61,616 nt of DNA, filler included, from 8 parts of 8 records of this genome joined end to end with filler, not necessarily neighbours in it, one strand, 5' to 3'; counted from the whole stretch's first letter, positions 44,738 through 55,412 are shown. Made by a program: numbers and translations. Notes: generated from the sequence alone by a model not told the origin.

Positions 44738-46372
44738 TCAATACTTACATGCTATCGGCTGCCATCTGCCCCAGCCAAACGATTTTGATGTGATTTTCAA
44801 ACCAGGAGCAGCTTGCCTTCTCTTATATTCATTTCTATCTATTTTACGAATAACATCCTTAACAACTGTCAAGTCAAAGCCCTTCTCGGCGATTAATGAT
44901 GCGGGTATATGATCTTCAACATATGCCTTCAATATCTCATCCAATATCTCATAAGGAGGCAACTCATCCTGATCTGTCTGATCTGGCCTGAGCTCTGCAG
45001 ATGGAGGACGATCAATTATATTTTTCGGTATAATTTCAGAATCACGATTGATAAACTCTGATAATTTATAAACAAGTGTCTTCGGTACATCTGAAATAAC
45101 AGCCAATCCGCCACTCATATCGCCGTATAGCGTACAATAGCCAACAGCCAGCTCTGATTTATTTCCAGTCGACAAAACAATAGCTCCAAACTTGTTTGAA
45201 AAAGCCATCAAGATATTACCTCTGATCCTGGCCTGAATATTCTCTTCAGTTGCATCAAACTCTTTTCCTGCAAATTCAGGATCTAAAAGTTCAAGATAGG
45301 ATTTATAAAGTGGTTCTATAGCAATCTTTTTAAAACTGATGCCTAAATTCTCTGCTAGTTTCTCTGAGTCCTCAAAACTATCCCTACTTGAAAACCTTGT
45401 TGGCATTGTAATACCAAGAACATTATCTGGCCCCATCGCTTCTGAGGCAATAACAGAAACAAGTGCTGAGTCAATACCACCAGATAATCCAATAACAACC
45501 TTTTTAAAACCACACTTCTTTATATAATCACGAACGCCCAACACCAAAGCTTCATAAACCTCTTCAATTTCAGTCAAATTCTGCCTTGCCGGAATCTGAG
45601 GAAGATTATTCAAATCTGCAATATGTGCATCCTCAACAAAAGCTCCACACTCATGAATAATCTTACCCTCTCCTGAAACAACCAAGGAACAACCGTCAAA
45701 GACAAGTTCATCATTTCCGCCAACAGAATTGACGTAGATAATCGGCAATCCATAACGCTTTGCTACATTACTCAAGAGACTCTCACGAAGTTTTCTCTTT
45801 TCAACAATATACGGAGATGAAGAGATATTAATAATAAAGTCAGCACCCTTCTCTGCAAGAATGCTTACAGGATCTACTGAGTAGAGCTGACGCCCCTGGA
45901 CAGTCGTTTCATACCAAATATCTTCACAAACAGTAATTCCAACTTTTTCACCTTTATATTCAATAACGCTATGCTGTTGACCAGGTTCGAAATACCTACC
46001 TTCATCAAAGATATCATATGTTGGAAGAAGTGTCTTATGCTGTAAAGAGACTATCTCACCCTTGCTTAAAAAAGCAGCTGAATTAAAAAGACCCTTACCT
46101 GTCGTTGCCTCATTAACTGCAACAACTCCGACAACTGCAGCAATATCATCATCTGTGGCCTCTGCGATCTTCTCTAAACAATCTAAATTCTTTTTTATGA
46201 AGTATGGCTTATCTAGAAGGTCTTTTGGGGGATACCCTGTGATCACCATTTCTGGGAACACAACAAGGTCAGCACCATTTAATTTGGCCCATTTGATTCG
46301 ATCTATAATCTTTGCGGTGTTTCCCTCGAAGTCACCAATGATTGTATTTATCTGCGCAATAGCAACTTTCAT
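44738..46372 (-). CDS. nadE: Glutamine-dependent NAD+ synthetase
   Basis: Nitrilase-like N-terminus (FPE, VCEDIW) plus GLSGGIDS, NIQARIRG, TGNKSE, GYCTLYGD and PPSAEL. Confidence 0.97.
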   Translation of the reverse strand: MKVAIAQINTIIGDFEGNTAKIIDRIKWAKLNGADLVVFPEMVITGYPPKDLLDKPYFIKKNLDCLEKIAEATDDDIAAVVGVVAVNEATTGKGLFNSAAFLSKGEIVSLQHKTLLPTYDIFDEGRYFEPGQQHSVIEYKGEKVGITVCEDIWYETTVQGRQLYSVDPVSILAEKGADFIINISSSPYIVEKRKLRESLLSNVAKRYGLPIIYVNSVGGNDELVFDGCSLVVSGEGKIIHECGAFVEDAHIADLNNLPQIPARQNLTEIEEVYEALVLGVRDYIKKCGFKKVVIGLSGGIDSALVSVIASEAMGPDNVLGITMPTRFSSRDSFEDSEKLAENLGISFKKIAIEPLYKSYLELLDPEFAGKEFDATEENIQARIRGNILMAFSNKFGAIVLSTGNKSELAVGYCTLYGDMSGGLAVISDVPKTLVYKLSEFINRDSEIIPKNIIDRPPSAELRPDQTDQDELPPYEILDEILKAYVEDHIPASLIAEKGFDLTVVKDVIRKIDRNEYKRRQAAPGLKITSKSFGWGRWQPIACKY

Positions 46373-46377
46373 AATAA

Positions 46378-46692
46378 TCACCGTATAGCTTGTGCAAGTT
46401 TTGTTGCAAGCATCATATCACCATCTATCTTTATTTTTCCAGTAAACATAGCTGTTACAGCATTTAGATCTCCATTAATTAAACCAATAAAATCTTCGTC
46501 CTTCATTGTGATCGTCACATCTGGAGAGTCAACCTCGATCTTTTCAACCCTTCCTTCTTCACAAAAGAGCGTCCACTTACCACCCTCTGGCCCACTGATA
46601 TCAAGAATAACCTTTCCTGAAAGATCTCCCTTTCGCTCTATCAGTCTTTTTGAAACCTTATCTTCAATAATCTGTGTAACTGTTAACGACAT
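46378..46692 (-). CDS. SCP2 sterol/lipid-binding domain protein
   Basis: PDVTITM...F..L..G.LNAVTAMFTGKIKIDGDMMLA motif. Confidence 0.88.
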   Translation of the reverse strand: MSLTVTQIIEDKVSKRLIERKGDLSGKVILDISGPEGGKWTLFCEEGRVEKIEVDSPDVTITMKDEDFIGLINGDLNAVTAMFTGKIKIDGDMMLATKLAQAIR

Positions 46693-46700
46693 ACAATCTC

Positions 46701-47114
46701 CTATCCGAATTTCTCAATAATCGTATTCAATATATTCAGTCTCTCAATCCATAAATGAGCAAACCACTGAAGAAAGAGAGCTGCAAAAAAAGCCAAAGCA
46801 AGAACCTGAGCACCAGCACCTTGACCAACCAATGAATCGCTTTTCTTGCTAAAAAACAAATAAATGGCTCTAACCCACAAGATAAGAAGAATCGATACCA
46901 AAACAATTCCTAATGGATGAAACGATATTGATTCTAAAACATTCCCATGCGTCAGAGCCACAATAGATCTTGTCATACCACAGCCTGGACAATCAACTCC
47001 AAGCATTTGCTTTACAGCACAAAGACTGTGGTGCTCAATTGGCAAATATGGACGAACCCACGCAATTAGAAAGAACAGAGGAATCCCATAGATACTCAAT
47101 CGACTAAGATTCAT
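46701..47114 (-). CDS. DUF2752 family membrane protein
   Basis: C...GVDCPGCGMTRS...HG...FHPLG motif. Confidence 0.88.
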   Translation of the reverse strand: MNLSRLSIYGIPLFFLIAWVRPYLPIEHHSLCAVKQMLGVDCPGCGMTRSIVALTHGNVLESISFHPLGIVLVSILLILWVRAIYLFFSKKSDSLVGQGAGAQVLALAFFAALFLQWFAHLWIERLNILNTIIEKFG

Positions 47115-47120
47115 GACAAT

Positions 47121-47540
47121 CTACTCTAACCCAGCCTTCTTCATCGCAAAATCACCAACATATGGAATTTTCCAGCGCTCACCTTGATAGGCTTTAATCA
47201 TACATACAATCCAAAGTATAAAAGCACCGATAGCAATAATAGGAATTAAAATACCTACAATAGCTCCAAGTACGCCCAATATATAGCCTAAGATAGCTGC
47301 AATAATCTGGAGAGCTACCAAGACAATCATATACCCGACACCAAAGATTGTGCCTTGCCATGCATGAAACTTAACATCATCGTTTTCCTTTTCAAGAATC
47401 AAAAAGATGATGCTGGTTATTGGCATACAAATATAACAAAGCAAGCTAGCAATATTTGGAGCAAGTCCTGTTCCATTCGTTCCACCAGATGGCGGTGGTG
47501 TCTGAGGTGCGTTACCCGGAGTTTTGTTTTCTTCTGTCAT
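47121..47540 (-). CDS. DUF4870/Tic20-like membrane protein
   Basis: GLAPNIASLLCY, VKFHAWQ and AYQGERWKIPYVG motifs. Confidence 0.85.
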   Translation of the reverse strand: MTEENKTPGNAPQTPPPSGGTNGTGLAPNIASLLCYICMPITSIIFLILEKENDDVKFHAWQGTIFGVGYMIVLVALQIIAAILGYILGVLGAIVGILIPIIAIGAFILWIVCMIKAYQGERWKIPYVGDFAMKKAGLE

Positions 47541-47563
47541 AAATCCCCCTTAAATAGTTATTA

Positions 47564-49336
47564 TTAATACATACTCTCAATCAAATCTTTGTACTTTTCG
47601 TATATCTTTCGACGCCTCAACTTCAAAGTTGGTGTCAACTCCCCACTCTCTTGAGTGAATGCATGGCCAACTATCTTGAACTTTTTTATTGTCTCGTGTC
47701 TTGCCAAAAGTTTATTTCTACACTCAATTTCTGATTTTATCAACTCATTGATGAGTGGTTTTTGAATTAAATCATCGATAGAAGAGTATTGGATTGAGTT
47801 CTCCTCCGCGACCTCCATCAATTTACCCGGATCGATTGTGATCAATGCGGATAGATATTTTCTCTTATCGCCATAGACAACAACATCACTAATATATCTA
47901 CTCGATTTAACAACACTCTCCACTCTTTGAGGCGCAATGTTTTTTCCTGCTGCCGTTACAATCAATTCTTTTTTTCTATCTGTAAGCCTTAAGAAGCCAT
48001 CCCTTGAAAGAGAACCAATATCTCCTGTTTTAAACCAGCCATTTTCAAAAGGCTCCTCATCTAAATTATCCGAAGGCATTCTATAACCTCTAAAAATCTG
48101 GGGTCCCTTAACCAAAACTTCTCCATCTTCTGCTATCTTCATCTCGACACCAGCAAGAGGTTTTCCAACTGTTCCAAACTTATAATCATCTGGTCGATTG
48201 ACAGTAATGGCTGCAAAGGTTTCAGTTAATCCATAACCTTCCAAAATCAACAAACCAGCAGCATGAAAGAAATCAGCCAACGCCTTATCTAGTGGAGCTC
48301 CACCCGACATAATCATCTTTAAATGCCCACCCATACTTCGATGAAGTGGAGCAAAAACAACTCGTTTAATAAACCAACTTTTAATCCTCTGAATTAGCCT
48401 CAATCTTTTATGCTTCCTCGACTCCTTACTCAACTCTTTCCCTGTATGAACACTCCAATTAAAGAGAGATCTCTTAAATGGAGAAGCCCTTCCTATTTCA
48501 TTCATTATCTTTTCATAAATCTTTTCCATCACTCGAGGAACAACAACAATGAAATCAGGACTTACTTCAACAATATTTTCAGGAACCTTAACAACGGACT
48601 CTGCATATGCGGTAACACACCCTTCAGAGAGTTGAAAAAACTGCATAGCTCTGGCAATTACATGGGCAAGCGGTAAAAAGAGTAGACCAACTTCTTTATC
48701 TGTAAAACAGAAAACATCTTGCAACGCCCTCACCTCACCCAAGAGACTCGAATGAGTATGCTCAACACCTTTAGGATTCCCTGTTGTTCCAGAGGTATAG
48801 ACACATGTTGCCAAATCATCTCTATCAATTTTGTTGATGAGCCTTTTATACCACTCGCGATCACATTCTTCTGATTCGATCAATAGATCATCTAGCTTTT
48901 TTAATCCACTGATCCCTGATTCATCCTGAATAAGGATAACTTCAATTTCAGAATTCAGTGACTCTTTAACATTGTTAAACTTCTCCAAGAGATTCTCATC
49001 TTCAATAAAGACAATCTTCGAATTGGAATGATTTAGAATGTGTAAGAAGTGATCTTCACTCAGAGTATGGTAAATAGGTACCGAGACAGCTCCAACAGAG
49101 AGACAAGCTAGGTCGATGAGCGTCCATTCAAAGCGAGTATTTGCAAATATCGCAACATTATCACCCTTCTTTATCCCAAGCGAATTGAGCCCATTACAAA
49201 GAGTAACCACTTTAGAAAGCAGCTCTTCCCAGCTAATATCAATCCATTTTTCTCGAACTTGGTCCTTAACCTTAAAACAGGCTGAAGAACCATATTTTAG
49301 AACATTGTTATAAAAGTCGTTTAGAACTGTTTTCAT
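47564..49336 (-). CDS. fadD: Long-chain fatty-acid--CoA ligase
   Basis: YTSGTTGNPKG, FLPLAH, SGGAPL, EGYGLTE, GWFKTGDIG, DRKKELIVTAAGKNIAP and LTPTLK motifs. Confidence 0.93.
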   Translation of the reverse strand: MKTVLNDFYNNVLKYGSSACFKVKDQVREKWIDISWEELLSKVVTLCNGLNSLGIKKGDNVAIFANTRFEWTLIDLACLSVGAVSVPIYHTLSEDHFLHILNHSNSKIVFIEDENLLEKFNNVKESLNSEIEVILIQDESGISGLKKLDDLLIESEECDREWYKRLINKIDRDDLATCVYTSGTTGNPKGVEHTHSSLLGEVRALQDVFCFTDKEVGLLFLPLAHVIARAMQFFQLSEGCVTAYAESVVKVPENIVEVSPDFIVVVPRVMEKIYEKIMNEIGRASPFKRSLFNWSVHTGKELSKESRKHKRLRLIQRIKSWFIKRVVFAPLHRSMGGHLKMIMSGGAPLDKALADFFHAAGLLILEGYGLTETFAAITVNRPDDYKFGTVGKPLAGVEMKIAEDGEVLVKGPQIFRGYRMPSDNLDEEPFENGWFKTGDIGSLSRDGFLRLTDRKKELIVTAAGKNIAPQRVESVVKSSRYISDVVVYGDKRKYLSALITIDPGKLMEVAEENSIQYSSIDDLIQKPLINELIKSEIECRNKLLARHETIKKFKIVGHAFTQESGELTPTLKLRRRKIYEKYKDLIESMY

Positions 49337-49519
49337 AAAGATTAGAAAAAAGTATAGAAACTTTATAGGGATATGTCTACTTTTTTCTGTATATTCAAGC
49401 AGTTATGCTGCTATACATCAGATACCTGAAAAGCGTCTTCGATAAACTCAATTATGGGCTCATTATTCTGATCGAAGGTCACGCTAGCTGCCGAAAAATG
49501 GCATTTCAGACCTCCCCCC

Positions 49520-49619
49520 NNNNNNNNNNNNNNNNNNNNNNNNNNNNNNNNNNNNNNNNNNNNTTAATTAATTAANNNNNNNNNNNNNNNNNNNNNNNNN
49601 NNNNNNNNNNNNNNNNNNN
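49520..49619. other. Artificial contig linker
   Basis: 44 N + TTAATTAATTAA + 44 N. Confidence 0.99.
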
Positions 49620-49879
49620 ACTTTTCCTGTGGCAGTTTTATCAGTTATTTCCTTTAAACTTCCAAATATCACTGGATGATGGGAGATAATCAGATTCGCT
49701 CCGATTTCTTTCGCCATTTCTATAGCTTCCAAATTAACATCTAAAGCAAAAACTATTCCTTTTAATATATCTTCCTTGCTTCCTGCTAATAGTCCCACAT
49801 TATCACCATCATACGCTAGTTCTTTTGGTGCGTATTCTTCCATTAAATCATATATTTTCCCTATTGTTACACTCATCAT
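49620..49879 (-). CDS. Nif3-like dinuclear metal centre protein (DUF34), 3'-truncated
   Basis: AP.ELA...DNVGLL, ALDV and IISHHPVIF motifs; follows trmK as is usual in Firmicutes. Confidence 0.93.
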
Positions 49880-50567
49880 TTACCTCTTTAGTTCTAATTT
49901 TAATATTTCAATTTCTTTTTTTATTTGCTCTATTTGTGCTGCATTTTTCGTCATAGCTTTTCTAAGTCCTGACAAAATGTTTTTTCGCTTGTTCAACTCC
50001 TTTTTAGCTAAATCCTTTAGTAAGTCATCCTCATTTTCTATAATCTTCAGATACAATTAATAATTCTTTTAAAGTTAATTTTTGAATTTCTTTAAATTTA
50101 ACTACTATTATTGTATACAGTCTTCCTTCGTCCCAAACCAGTTTTTCATTAATAATATTAAAGCTGTTTCTACAGAGCCATTCTCGCATATCTATTACTG
50201 AATCCATTGGCTGCAATATCACTGTATTTACTATTTTAACACTTTCTAAATTGCTTTCCAATATGCTGCTAATAGTACGCCAACCCATACCAGCGATTAT
50301 AACAGCGTCTAATTCAACATCGTTTATGCTGTCTAACCCATTATCACAGTAAAAGCTTATTCTGCCTTTCACGCCTTCAATTTCCGCTAGCTTTCTAGCT
50401 TTATTAAGTGAAGGCATAGATATATCAACTGCATGCACGTATGCTTCATCTTTAGCGAGATATATAGAAATTTTCCCATGGTCACAGCCAATATCTGCGA
50501 CTACTTCTTTTTCTTTTGCAAAATCTGCAATAACCTGTAGTCGTGGCGATAATGTATAAGATTCCAT
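49880..50567 (-). CDS. trmK: tRNA (adenine-22-N1) methyltransferase (frameshift at ~50050)
   Basis: LSPRL, ADIGCDHG, IIAGMG and ILQPM motifs; helical C-terminus continues in another frame to TAA at 49880-49882. Confidence 0.9.
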
Positions 50568-51253
50568 CAGTTTATAATTTCCTTAAGTTCATATAATGAT
50601 TTAATTTCATAGTCACATATACTGTTTGTATTATTTTCTAAACCTTTAGGATTATACCAGCATGTTGCTATATTTGCATTATTACCGCCTTTTATATCAG
50701 AAGACAACGAATCACCAACTATTATGACATTGCTTAAATCATCTATTTTTAATTTATTAAATACATAATCAAAGAATTCTTTTTTGGGTTTGGGGTATCC
50801 TATTTCATCTGATATAAAAATATGTTTAAATATCTGCTTTAATCCAGATATTTGAGCTCTGGAATTTTGAACTTTTGCAATTCCATTTGTGGCTAGAGCT
50901 AATGTGTAATTATCTTTCAATTGGGTGCATACTTCAAAAGCTCCATCAATAAAAAAATAGCTATTTGATAAATGCTTTATGTAAATATCAGATGCTATAG
51001 CTTCATTTTTGCTTATATTCAAATTATTAAAGAATTGCTTAAATCTTTCTTTTTTTAATCTTTCCTTATCTATTTTCTCTTCTTCTAATTGTTTCCAAAG
51101 AGAATTATTTATTTTAGAGTATAATAATATATTTTCTTCGTTTGGCTCTATCTCAAGTTCTATAAGAGTAAGCTGCAAAGCTTCTCTTTCCGTTTTTTCA
51201 AAATCCAATAATGTATCATCTACATCAAAAAGTATTGTTGTATATTTCGTCAT
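50567..51253 (-). CDS. yjjG: YjjG-family HAD pyrimidine nucleotidase
   Basis: FDVDDTLLDF, TNG, KPKKEFF and GDSLSSDIKGG motifs. Confidence 0.9.
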   Translation of the reverse strand: MTKYTTILFDVDDTLLDFEKTEREALQLTLIELEIEPNEENILLYSKINNSLWKQLEEEKIDKERLKKERFKQFFNNLNISKNEAIASDIYIKHLSNSYFFIDGAFEVCTQLKDNYTLALATNGIAKVQNSRAQISGLKQIFKHIFISDEIGYPKPKKEFFDYVFNKLKIDDLSNVIIVGDSLSSDIKGGNNANIATCWYNPKGLENNTNSICDYEIKSLYELKEIIN

Positions 51254-51340
51254 TCTATTATTCCTTGGGGGTGTTGAATAATATTATTCAACAATCACTC
51301 CTTATTATTCTAAATTTATTATATAAGGTTTTATTGTTAA

Positions 51341-51655
51341 TTACAAATTTATATTTAGCGGCTTAATGTTTTTATTTCTGTTTTTCGATATACTTCCTCT
51401 TAATGCAGCCAATTCGCTAACTTGGTTTTCTAAAATATTATTCAGCTTTTTCTCCTTTAGGTAATCATCTGCAATATTTACAGCTGTTAAAACTGCGACA
51501 AGTGTAGAGTTTAAGGAATTGCATTGTACTTTTGTTTGCTGTAATTTCCTTTCAACATATGATGCAATATGATTAAGATATTCTTCGCTTTCGCTGCCGG
51601 TAATGGTGTATTCTATCCCATCAATTGTAACTTTTATCTTCGTCATTTGCATCAT
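51341..51655 (-). CDS. zapA: Cell division protein ZapA
   Basis: VTIDGIEYTI...EEYL..IASYV...AVLTAVNIADDY followed by a coiled coil. Confidence 0.9.
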   Translation of the reverse strand: MMQMTKIKVTIDGIEYTITGSESEEYLNHIASYVERKLQQTKVQCNSLNSTLVAVLTAVNIADDYLKEKKLNNILENQVSELAALRGSISKNRNKNIKPLNINL

Positions 51656-51790
51656 TTATCACACTTTCAACTTGTAGTGATTTAATTATACAAACTTCTT
51701 TTTAATTTTCAAAAGGAGTTTTTGACGTATTTTAAATGTGTTTGTATAATGATAAAATGCTAGTAATGATTATGAAATAGTATAGATATA

Positions 51791-52350
51791 TTAAAAGTTA
51801 AACACATTTTTTTCTGTTACAATCATGTCCAATTTTATATCATGTTTTTCGTCTTGAATATAATCTAATTCTTGTATAGAGAAAGCTAACCCTACCTTTT
51901 TGCAACTAAATGCCCCGGATAATAGCTTATCATAATATCCCCCACCATAACCTAATCTTGTACCATATTTATCAAACGCAACAAGCGGAATAACTATAAA
52001 ATCTATTTTTTCTATAAGTACTTCCCTACAATTTTTATTTGGTTCAACTATAGAAAATGTTCTCTCTTTTAAATCCGATAGAGCATTAACATAGCAAGGT
52101 ATAATTCGTTTTTCGTTTACAATAGTTTTAGGAAGTGCTAAATTTTTGTTTTGAATGCAATCATCAAGAATTAATGATGTATCTACTTCATTATGAATCG
52201 GGCAATATGCTAATACAGTATCTGCGTTAATATAGTCTTTCATTTCAATTATTTTATTACATATAATATCAGAATAGGTTTGATATAATTCTTTATTTAT
52301 ACCAAGCCTTAACTGTCTAACCTTTTTCTTTGCTCTTGTTTATTACTCAA
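51791..52350 (-). CDS. 5-formyltetrahydrofolate cyclo-ligase (A-run frameshift near the start, ~52325)
   Basis: PLVAFD..G.RLGYGGGYYD and HDIKLD motifs; N-terminal K..R helix is recovered from TTG 52350 by adding one A. Confidence 0.92.
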
Positions 52351-53446
52351 TATATTCTCTTTTCACTCGTTTCTGAATGCCAGTGACTATTTCATAATGT
52401 ATTGTTCCTGCTAAGTCAGCAAGTTCTTTAGCAGTTATTTCATCATTACCCTGTTTTCCAATAAGTACTACTTCATCACCAATAGATGCATCTTTGACTT
52501 TTGTTATATCAATTATTATGTGATCCATGCAAATAGTACCGATAATATCACATCTTTTGCCATTAACTAAAACCTGTGCTTTATTGCTTAAAGCTCTGGG
52601 ATATCCATCAGCATATCCTATAGGCAGTACTGCTATTTTCATATCTTTATTGGCTTTAAAAGTTCTGCCATAGCTTACGGTATCTCCTTCTTTTAGTTTG
52701 TTAATATGAACGATATGAGCACTAACACTCATAACAGGTTTCAAATTAACTGTAGCCCTTTTCTGCGGGTTAAGACCGTACATACCTATGCCTAAACGAA
52801 CAAAATCCATATTATAATTTTCATAGGACGCTATTGCAGCAGAATTCGAGATATGTGTTTTTGGCATATATTCTCTATTTCTTATTTGCCTCATTGCTTG
52901 TGTAAACATTTTGTACTGTTGCTTAGTAAATGAAGGATCTACATCACTTACTGCAAAATGCGAATATACTGCTGACATATAAACATTGTCTATTTCATCA
53001 AGTATATCTAAAAACGTTTCTAAATTAGCTCCGGGCTTAACGCCTAATCTATTCATTCCTGTATCAATTTTTAAATGAAATTTCGCCTTTGCACTATTAT
53101 CTTTATTTGCTTTATGTAACGCATTTAATTGTTCTATATTGTATATAGTAGGTATTAAATCGTGTTCAACGGCACTTTTCATTTCGCTTGGCAAAGTCCC
53201 GCCCAGTATAATCACATTTCCCAGAACACCAGCTTCTTTTAACTCAATTCCCTCTTTTACTCTTGATATAGCAAAAAAATCAATATCTTCATCATAAGCA
53301 GCCTTGCATACTGGCAATACTCCATGTCCATATCCATCTGCTTTTACTACAGCAATCATCCTTGTAGTATCACCAAGGAATTTTGTATATTCTCTGATGT
53401 TATGTCTTAAATTGCCTAAATTTATTCTTGCTATTGATGTATTCAT
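52343..53446 (-). CDS. alr: Alanine racemase
   Basis: AVVKADGYGHG, HLKIDTGMNRLG, GYADGYPR and GTICMD motifs. Confidence 0.97.
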   Translation of the reverse strand: MNTSIARINLGNLRHNIREYTKFLGDTTRMIAVVKADGYGHGVLPVCKAAYDEDIDFFAISRVKEGIELKEAGVLGNVIILGGTLPSEMKSAVEHDLIPTIYNIEQLNALHKANKDNSAKAKFHLKIDTGMNRLGVKPGANLETFLDILDEIDNVYMSAVYSHFAVSDVDPSFTKQQYKMFTQAMRQIRNREYMPKTHISNSAAIASYENYNMDFVRLGIGMYGLNPQKRATVNLKPVMSVSAHIVHINKLKEGDTVSYGRTFKANKDMKIAVLPIGYADGYPRALSNKAQVLVNGKRCDIIGTICMDHIIIDITKVKDASIGDEVVLIGKQGNDEITAKELADLAGTIHYEIVTGIQKRVKREYIE

Positions 53447-53448
53447 AG

Positions 53449-53889
53449 TTATATTTCCGCTAAATCTAATTTATTTAATAGCTTTATGTTATTTGCTGTA
53501 AAAACTTCTTTAGCAGCTTCTACATCATCTACTTTAAATAATATTAAAGCATGTTCCCCAGGAGTTCTAACAAAAGAATATAGATACTCAACACTTATTT
53601 CACTTTCGCACAAGAAAGTTAGAATGTCAGCTAATCCTCCTGTCTTATCGGGAATTTCAGCTGCAATTACTTCATTTAAATGAACAGTATATCCTGCTTC
53701 ATGTAATTTTTCCACAGCTTTTTCATCATCTGAAACTATAGCTCTTAAAATCCCAAAGTTTGTTGTATCGGCTATAGATAATGCCAATAAATTTATCTTA
53801 GCATCCTTAAGCACAGTTGTCATATCTGCTAGTCTGCCTTTTGTATTTTCCAAGAAAACTGATAATTGCTTAACCATATTTTTATTCAT
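53449..53889 (-). CDS. Tandem ACT-domain protein
   Basis: QLSVFLEN..GRL, ALSIADT..FGILR and VEYLYSF; a common neighbour of paaK. Confidence 0.9.
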   Translation of the reverse strand: MNKNMVKQLSVFLENTKGRLADMTTVLKDAKINLLALSIADTTNFGILRAIVSDDEKAVEKLHEAGYTVHLNEVIAAEIPDKTGGLADILTFLCESEISVEYLYSFVRTPGEHALILFKVDDVEAAKEVFTANNIKLLNKLDLAEI

Positions 53890-53986
53890 TCCTTTCTAGG
53901 GATATCTGGATTCGTTCTGAACCAAATGTACATTTCCCTAATATAAATAATATTATTATTACTTATAGTTATATAAATGATATTAG

Positions 53987-54799
53987 TTAAATCTTTCTTT
54001 TGTCCATCACTCTTTTTGCCTTGCCCATAGAGCGCTCTATAGTCTTTGGTTCAACTAGCTTTACTTTTGCATTAATCTGAAGCAATGTATAAAGCTCCTG
54101 AGTAATATTATTCCTTACTGATTCAACTTTTTTAACTTCATCACTGAATAAATCATCCGACATCTCTATCCACACTTCCAAAGTGTCTAGGTTATTAACC
54201 CTGTCAATGACCAAAAGATAATGTGGTTCAACTTCTGAAAACTGCATAATTACACTTTCAACTTGACTAGGGAAAACATTAACCCCTCTGATTATTAGCA
54301 TATCATCAGATCTTCCCATTACTTTACGCATTCTAACATGGGTTCTGCCGCATTTGCATTTATCATATTCTAGGTGAGTAATATCTCTAGTTCGGTATCG
54401 AATTACCGGGATGCCTTCTTTTGTGATAGTAGTAATTACTAGTTCACCTTTTGAGCCCTTGGGTAAGATTTCGCCTGTTTCAGGGTTAATAATCTCTGCA
54501 ATAAAATGATCTTCAAAAATGTGCATTCCCTGCTGCGCTTCACATTCGATAGATACACCTGGCCCCATTATCTCTGAAAGCCCATAAATATCACATGCTA
54601 AAATTCCTAATTTTTTCTGCAATTCATCACGCATTTCTTCAGTCCATGGCTCTGCGCCAAAAATACCAATCTTAAGCTTTGTATCTCTTTTAGGATCGAT
54701 ACCCGATTCTTTCATAGCTTCTGCTAAATATAAAGCATAAGAAGGAGTACATGTTAAAACTGTAGAATTAAAATCCTGCATTATAGTTATTTGCCTTTT
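53987..54799 (-). CDS. paaK: Phenylacetate--CoA ligase, 5'-truncated
   Basis: [23 protein letters not shown] and [18 protein letters not shown] motifs. Confidence 0.95.
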   Translation of the reverse strand, partial: KRQITIMQDFNSTVLTCTPSYALYLAEAMKESGIDPKRDTKLKIGIFGAEPWTEEMRDELQKKLGILACDIYGLSEIMGPGVSIECEAQQGMHIFEDHFIAEIINPETGEILPKGSKGELVITTITKEGIPVIRYRTRDITHLEYDKCKCGRTHVRMRKVMGRSDDMLIIRGVNVFPSQVESVIMQFSEVEPHYLLVIDRVNNLDTLEVWIEMSDDLFSDEVKKVESVRNNITQELYTLLQINAKVKLVEPKTIERSMGKAKRVMDKRKI

Positions 54800-54899
54800 N
54801 NNNNNNNNNNNNNNNNNNNNNNNNNNNNNNNNNNNNNNNNNNNTTAATTAATTAANNNNNNNNNNNNNNNNNNNNNNNNNNNNNNNNNNNNNNNNNNNN
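54800..54899. other. Artificial contig linker
   Basis: 44 N + TTAATTAATTAA + 44 N. Confidence 0.99.
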
Positions 54900-55400
54900 A
54901 TAGGTTCCTTCCTGTTCGATGGGGTTCTGTGTAGCAAGAACTAAAAAGGGTTCCTGCAAAGGATAAGTTTTATCTCCGATACTAACCTGTTTTTCCTGCA
55001 TGGCTTCCAGGAGGGCAGCCTGCACTTTTGCCGGTGATCTATTGATCTCGTCAGCCAGGATGATATTGGCAAAGATCGGACCTTTTTTTACTTCGAAAGA
55101 GGATTCTTTTTGATTGTAGATCAGGGTTCCGATCAAATCCGAAGGTAAAAGATCCGGAGTAAACTGAATACGGTGAAAAGTTGTATTGACAGATTGCGCC
55201 AATGATTTGACTGCAAGTGTTTTGGCTAGTCCGGGAACGCCTTCCAGTAAAATATGTCCCTCAGCCAGTAAACCGATCAACAAGCGCTGGACCATTTTTT
55301 CCTGACCGATCAGGACTTTTCTCAATTCGGCTTGAATGGAATCCAGAAATACGCTTTCTTTTTGTATTTGTTCGTTAAGTACAGCTAGATTAAAGCTCAT
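54900..55400 (-). CDS. moxR: MoxR family AAA+ ATPase, 3'-truncated
   Basis: LEGVPGLAKT, RIQFTPDLLPSD, ADEINR and ATQNPIEQEGTY motifs. Confidence 0.96.
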
Positions 55401-55412
55401 GTCTACCTCAGA

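Noticed and set aside
1797..52325. Frameshifts in NRPS, TPR-CsgG fusion, CPBP, gdh copy 1, giant eukaryotic gene, olsF and 5-FCL as pseudogenes or programmed frameshifting
   Set aside because: Most are repaired by adding or removing one base in a short homopolymer, occur across unrelated contigs, and show no other decay or slippery-site-plus-structure signal; sequencing indels are the simplest explanation.
51341..52350. 6S RNA expected beside zapA and the 5-FCL gene
   Set aside because: Gene order is reversed relative to zapA-ssrS-ygfA and the 135-nt AT-rich spacer shows no 6S-like long stem.
47564..54799. fadD and paaK as parts of the NRPS cluster
   Set aside because: They are primary-metabolism adenylating enzymes on separate contigs and lack carrier or condensation domains.
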